Shown here one piece after another: positions 63,901 to 64,000 of a DNA stretch of 64,000 bases. Below the pieces are notes generated by a model. It was not told where the DNA came from. It was given only the letters and a program-made list of their open reading frames with translations, and did no database searches. This stretch comes from Candidatus Omnitrophota bacterium (GTDB taxonomy: Bacteria > Omnitrophota > Gorgyraeia > Zapsychrales > Fredricksoniimonadaceae). The DNA lies in the NCBI GenBank assembly GCA_013285735.1, contig JABDGZ010000002.1, positions 5,952 to 69,951 of the forward strand. The letters run 5' to 3'. Both the position numbers and the translations under genes were made by a program. Each line of letters starts with the position of its first letter. The first letter of the stretch is position 1.

Positions 63901-64000
63901 AATCAGTGCCGGTATCAATAATAAAATCAAAAAGAAAAGGATTTTCAGGATGGACTTTCAGCCCCTTAATGAGTATTGGCTCATAAGTAGGGCTTAGGTT
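60959..64000 (-). CDS. Head-cargo-tail paralog C; N-terminal end lies outside the window
   Basis: The ORF track starts at an internal Met (63832). My translation of 63833-64000 stays open and homologous to the head: NLSPTYEPILIKGLKVHPENPFLFDFIIDTGTDSLSKQQKQLKQESSKLIKYFLAAMTIPEKDLWVNLSPYEKNR... The tail is GGIDFNSRNMKMNIQKGDKGISMNF... Confidence 0.85.
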   Translation of the reverse strand, partial: NLSPTYEPILIKGLKVHPENPFLFDFIIDTGTDSLSKQQKQLKQESSKLIKYFLAAMTIPEKDLWVNLSPYEKNRMIASNLAQTEMGRDMLAQDYILKQLTASLIYPEKNLGKTFWDEVYSKAQELYGTTQVPVNTFNKVWIVADRADVYERGNVAYVVGAHLKVMLEEDYLARQKHTVIRNNIDSVGSNIVRSIILPQIEKEVNQGRNFAPLRQMFYSMILASWYKTALKNAILTQIYGNQSKVKVGINQADLKTNEEIFNRYLRAYKKGVFNYIKEDIDKISQQSIPRKYFSGGEDIWEGITPSVVENVDASMLDSPGHEFIATVDAFPARVDSALIGGTKAKAKVLGMFKGLKTIEKEDVFDLRLEGLRGSLFSKFLKWYYLEKDRESILEAMAREAKEEFVGQESTARLLDKLPESWPKSVSESKVLIRKIIRILGNGIPKVRISYIVDTDLTNKEQGQIIDRIAQDQNKHAIALTEEAIVKAIKGNGKIVLDKTMGYFHESLLGKEIDVSKNIAELFENTASDSLNENSGVVAKLAFSTISQSSQPTTPTPSADVDHLIRGVLLQGGFIDIRGRISKQFYNMNRVDFIKALPKAWNLKMKSQIYDILQKAQLKNLEEIQIRIGVFFKMSLKKDKQKCYVLELSQEDPENLDSFTAKPFGGAVQFKDQAMDTLAPPRKFKKGLVLKLGVQEDGPEIGQKMKIYNRPLMLDDSPTRTQLKRLLRWAHLDGVYFKEARLIFTSEGGDILNATIGLFVRTVIKQKFSDAQWQELISNGYIVPMVVVENGIKVEYGVIQDKFYGLKGKDGSNMVLPTMSDVEKKQMYPILLEAPCNMNFPVGIIGLNNGEYILWRFIFMAAIYHVKVPLSDSLERHVNVIRIIPRINLRNGTVAIFFDREFNTVPTTRVKDRDYSSSYDDEKLSRMAAQRKKAGKDGAMLDPGGIDFNSRNMKMNIQKGDKGISMNFDSAMIARIKTEGFDGLEFKIRSIVPLTNLPVFLSLESDIPYHQVLN

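Overview
Gene-dense, AT-rich 64-kb window from a diderm bacterium: it encodes a secretin, an OprB-type porin, an Mla-like system and a beta-barrel OMP. I call about 61 protein-coding genes, and all but four are on the minus strand. I found no rRNA, tRNA, CRISPR array, transposase, integrase or phage genes. Contents from left to right: (1) a compact type IV pilus / MSHA-like module (secretin, PilM/N-, PilO- and PilP-like proteins, and a GspE/MshE-type ATPase cut by the window edge); (2) a type III PKS, flavoprotein and methyltransferase trio resembling phenolic-lipid (srs-type) clusters; (3) a metal-homeostasis stretch (FTR1 permease, cupredoxin, OMP, Kup, OprB porin, MntH, Fur-family regulator); (4) mixed housekeeping, envelope and signalling genes (GH5, transglutaminase-like protein, hybrid histidine kinase, Hpt, receiver, secreted serpin, sugar-modification genes, GreA, YbaB, Mla-like ABC system, LipA, Def, PanD, TrxA, and a murein-peptide recycling trio). 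(5) The part I consider most novel is three co-oriented paralogs that share a ~310-aa N-terminal head and a ~65-aa C-terminal tail (GGI[DN]FN...) but carry unrelated cargo between them. One is a 3019-aa protein combining a signal peptide, a SAM-methyltransferase, an M3 zinc peptidase (HEFGH) and two receiver domains. One is split by a single in-frame TAG. One runs off the right edge. A short D-x-[AS]-M motif recurs at the module junctions of all three. Two families of small hairpin repeats are scattered through the window. Several copies sit in frame inside coding sequence, and comparing the paralogs shows two of these directly as insertions. All functional calls come from motif recognition by eye on the supplied translations; no database search was possible.
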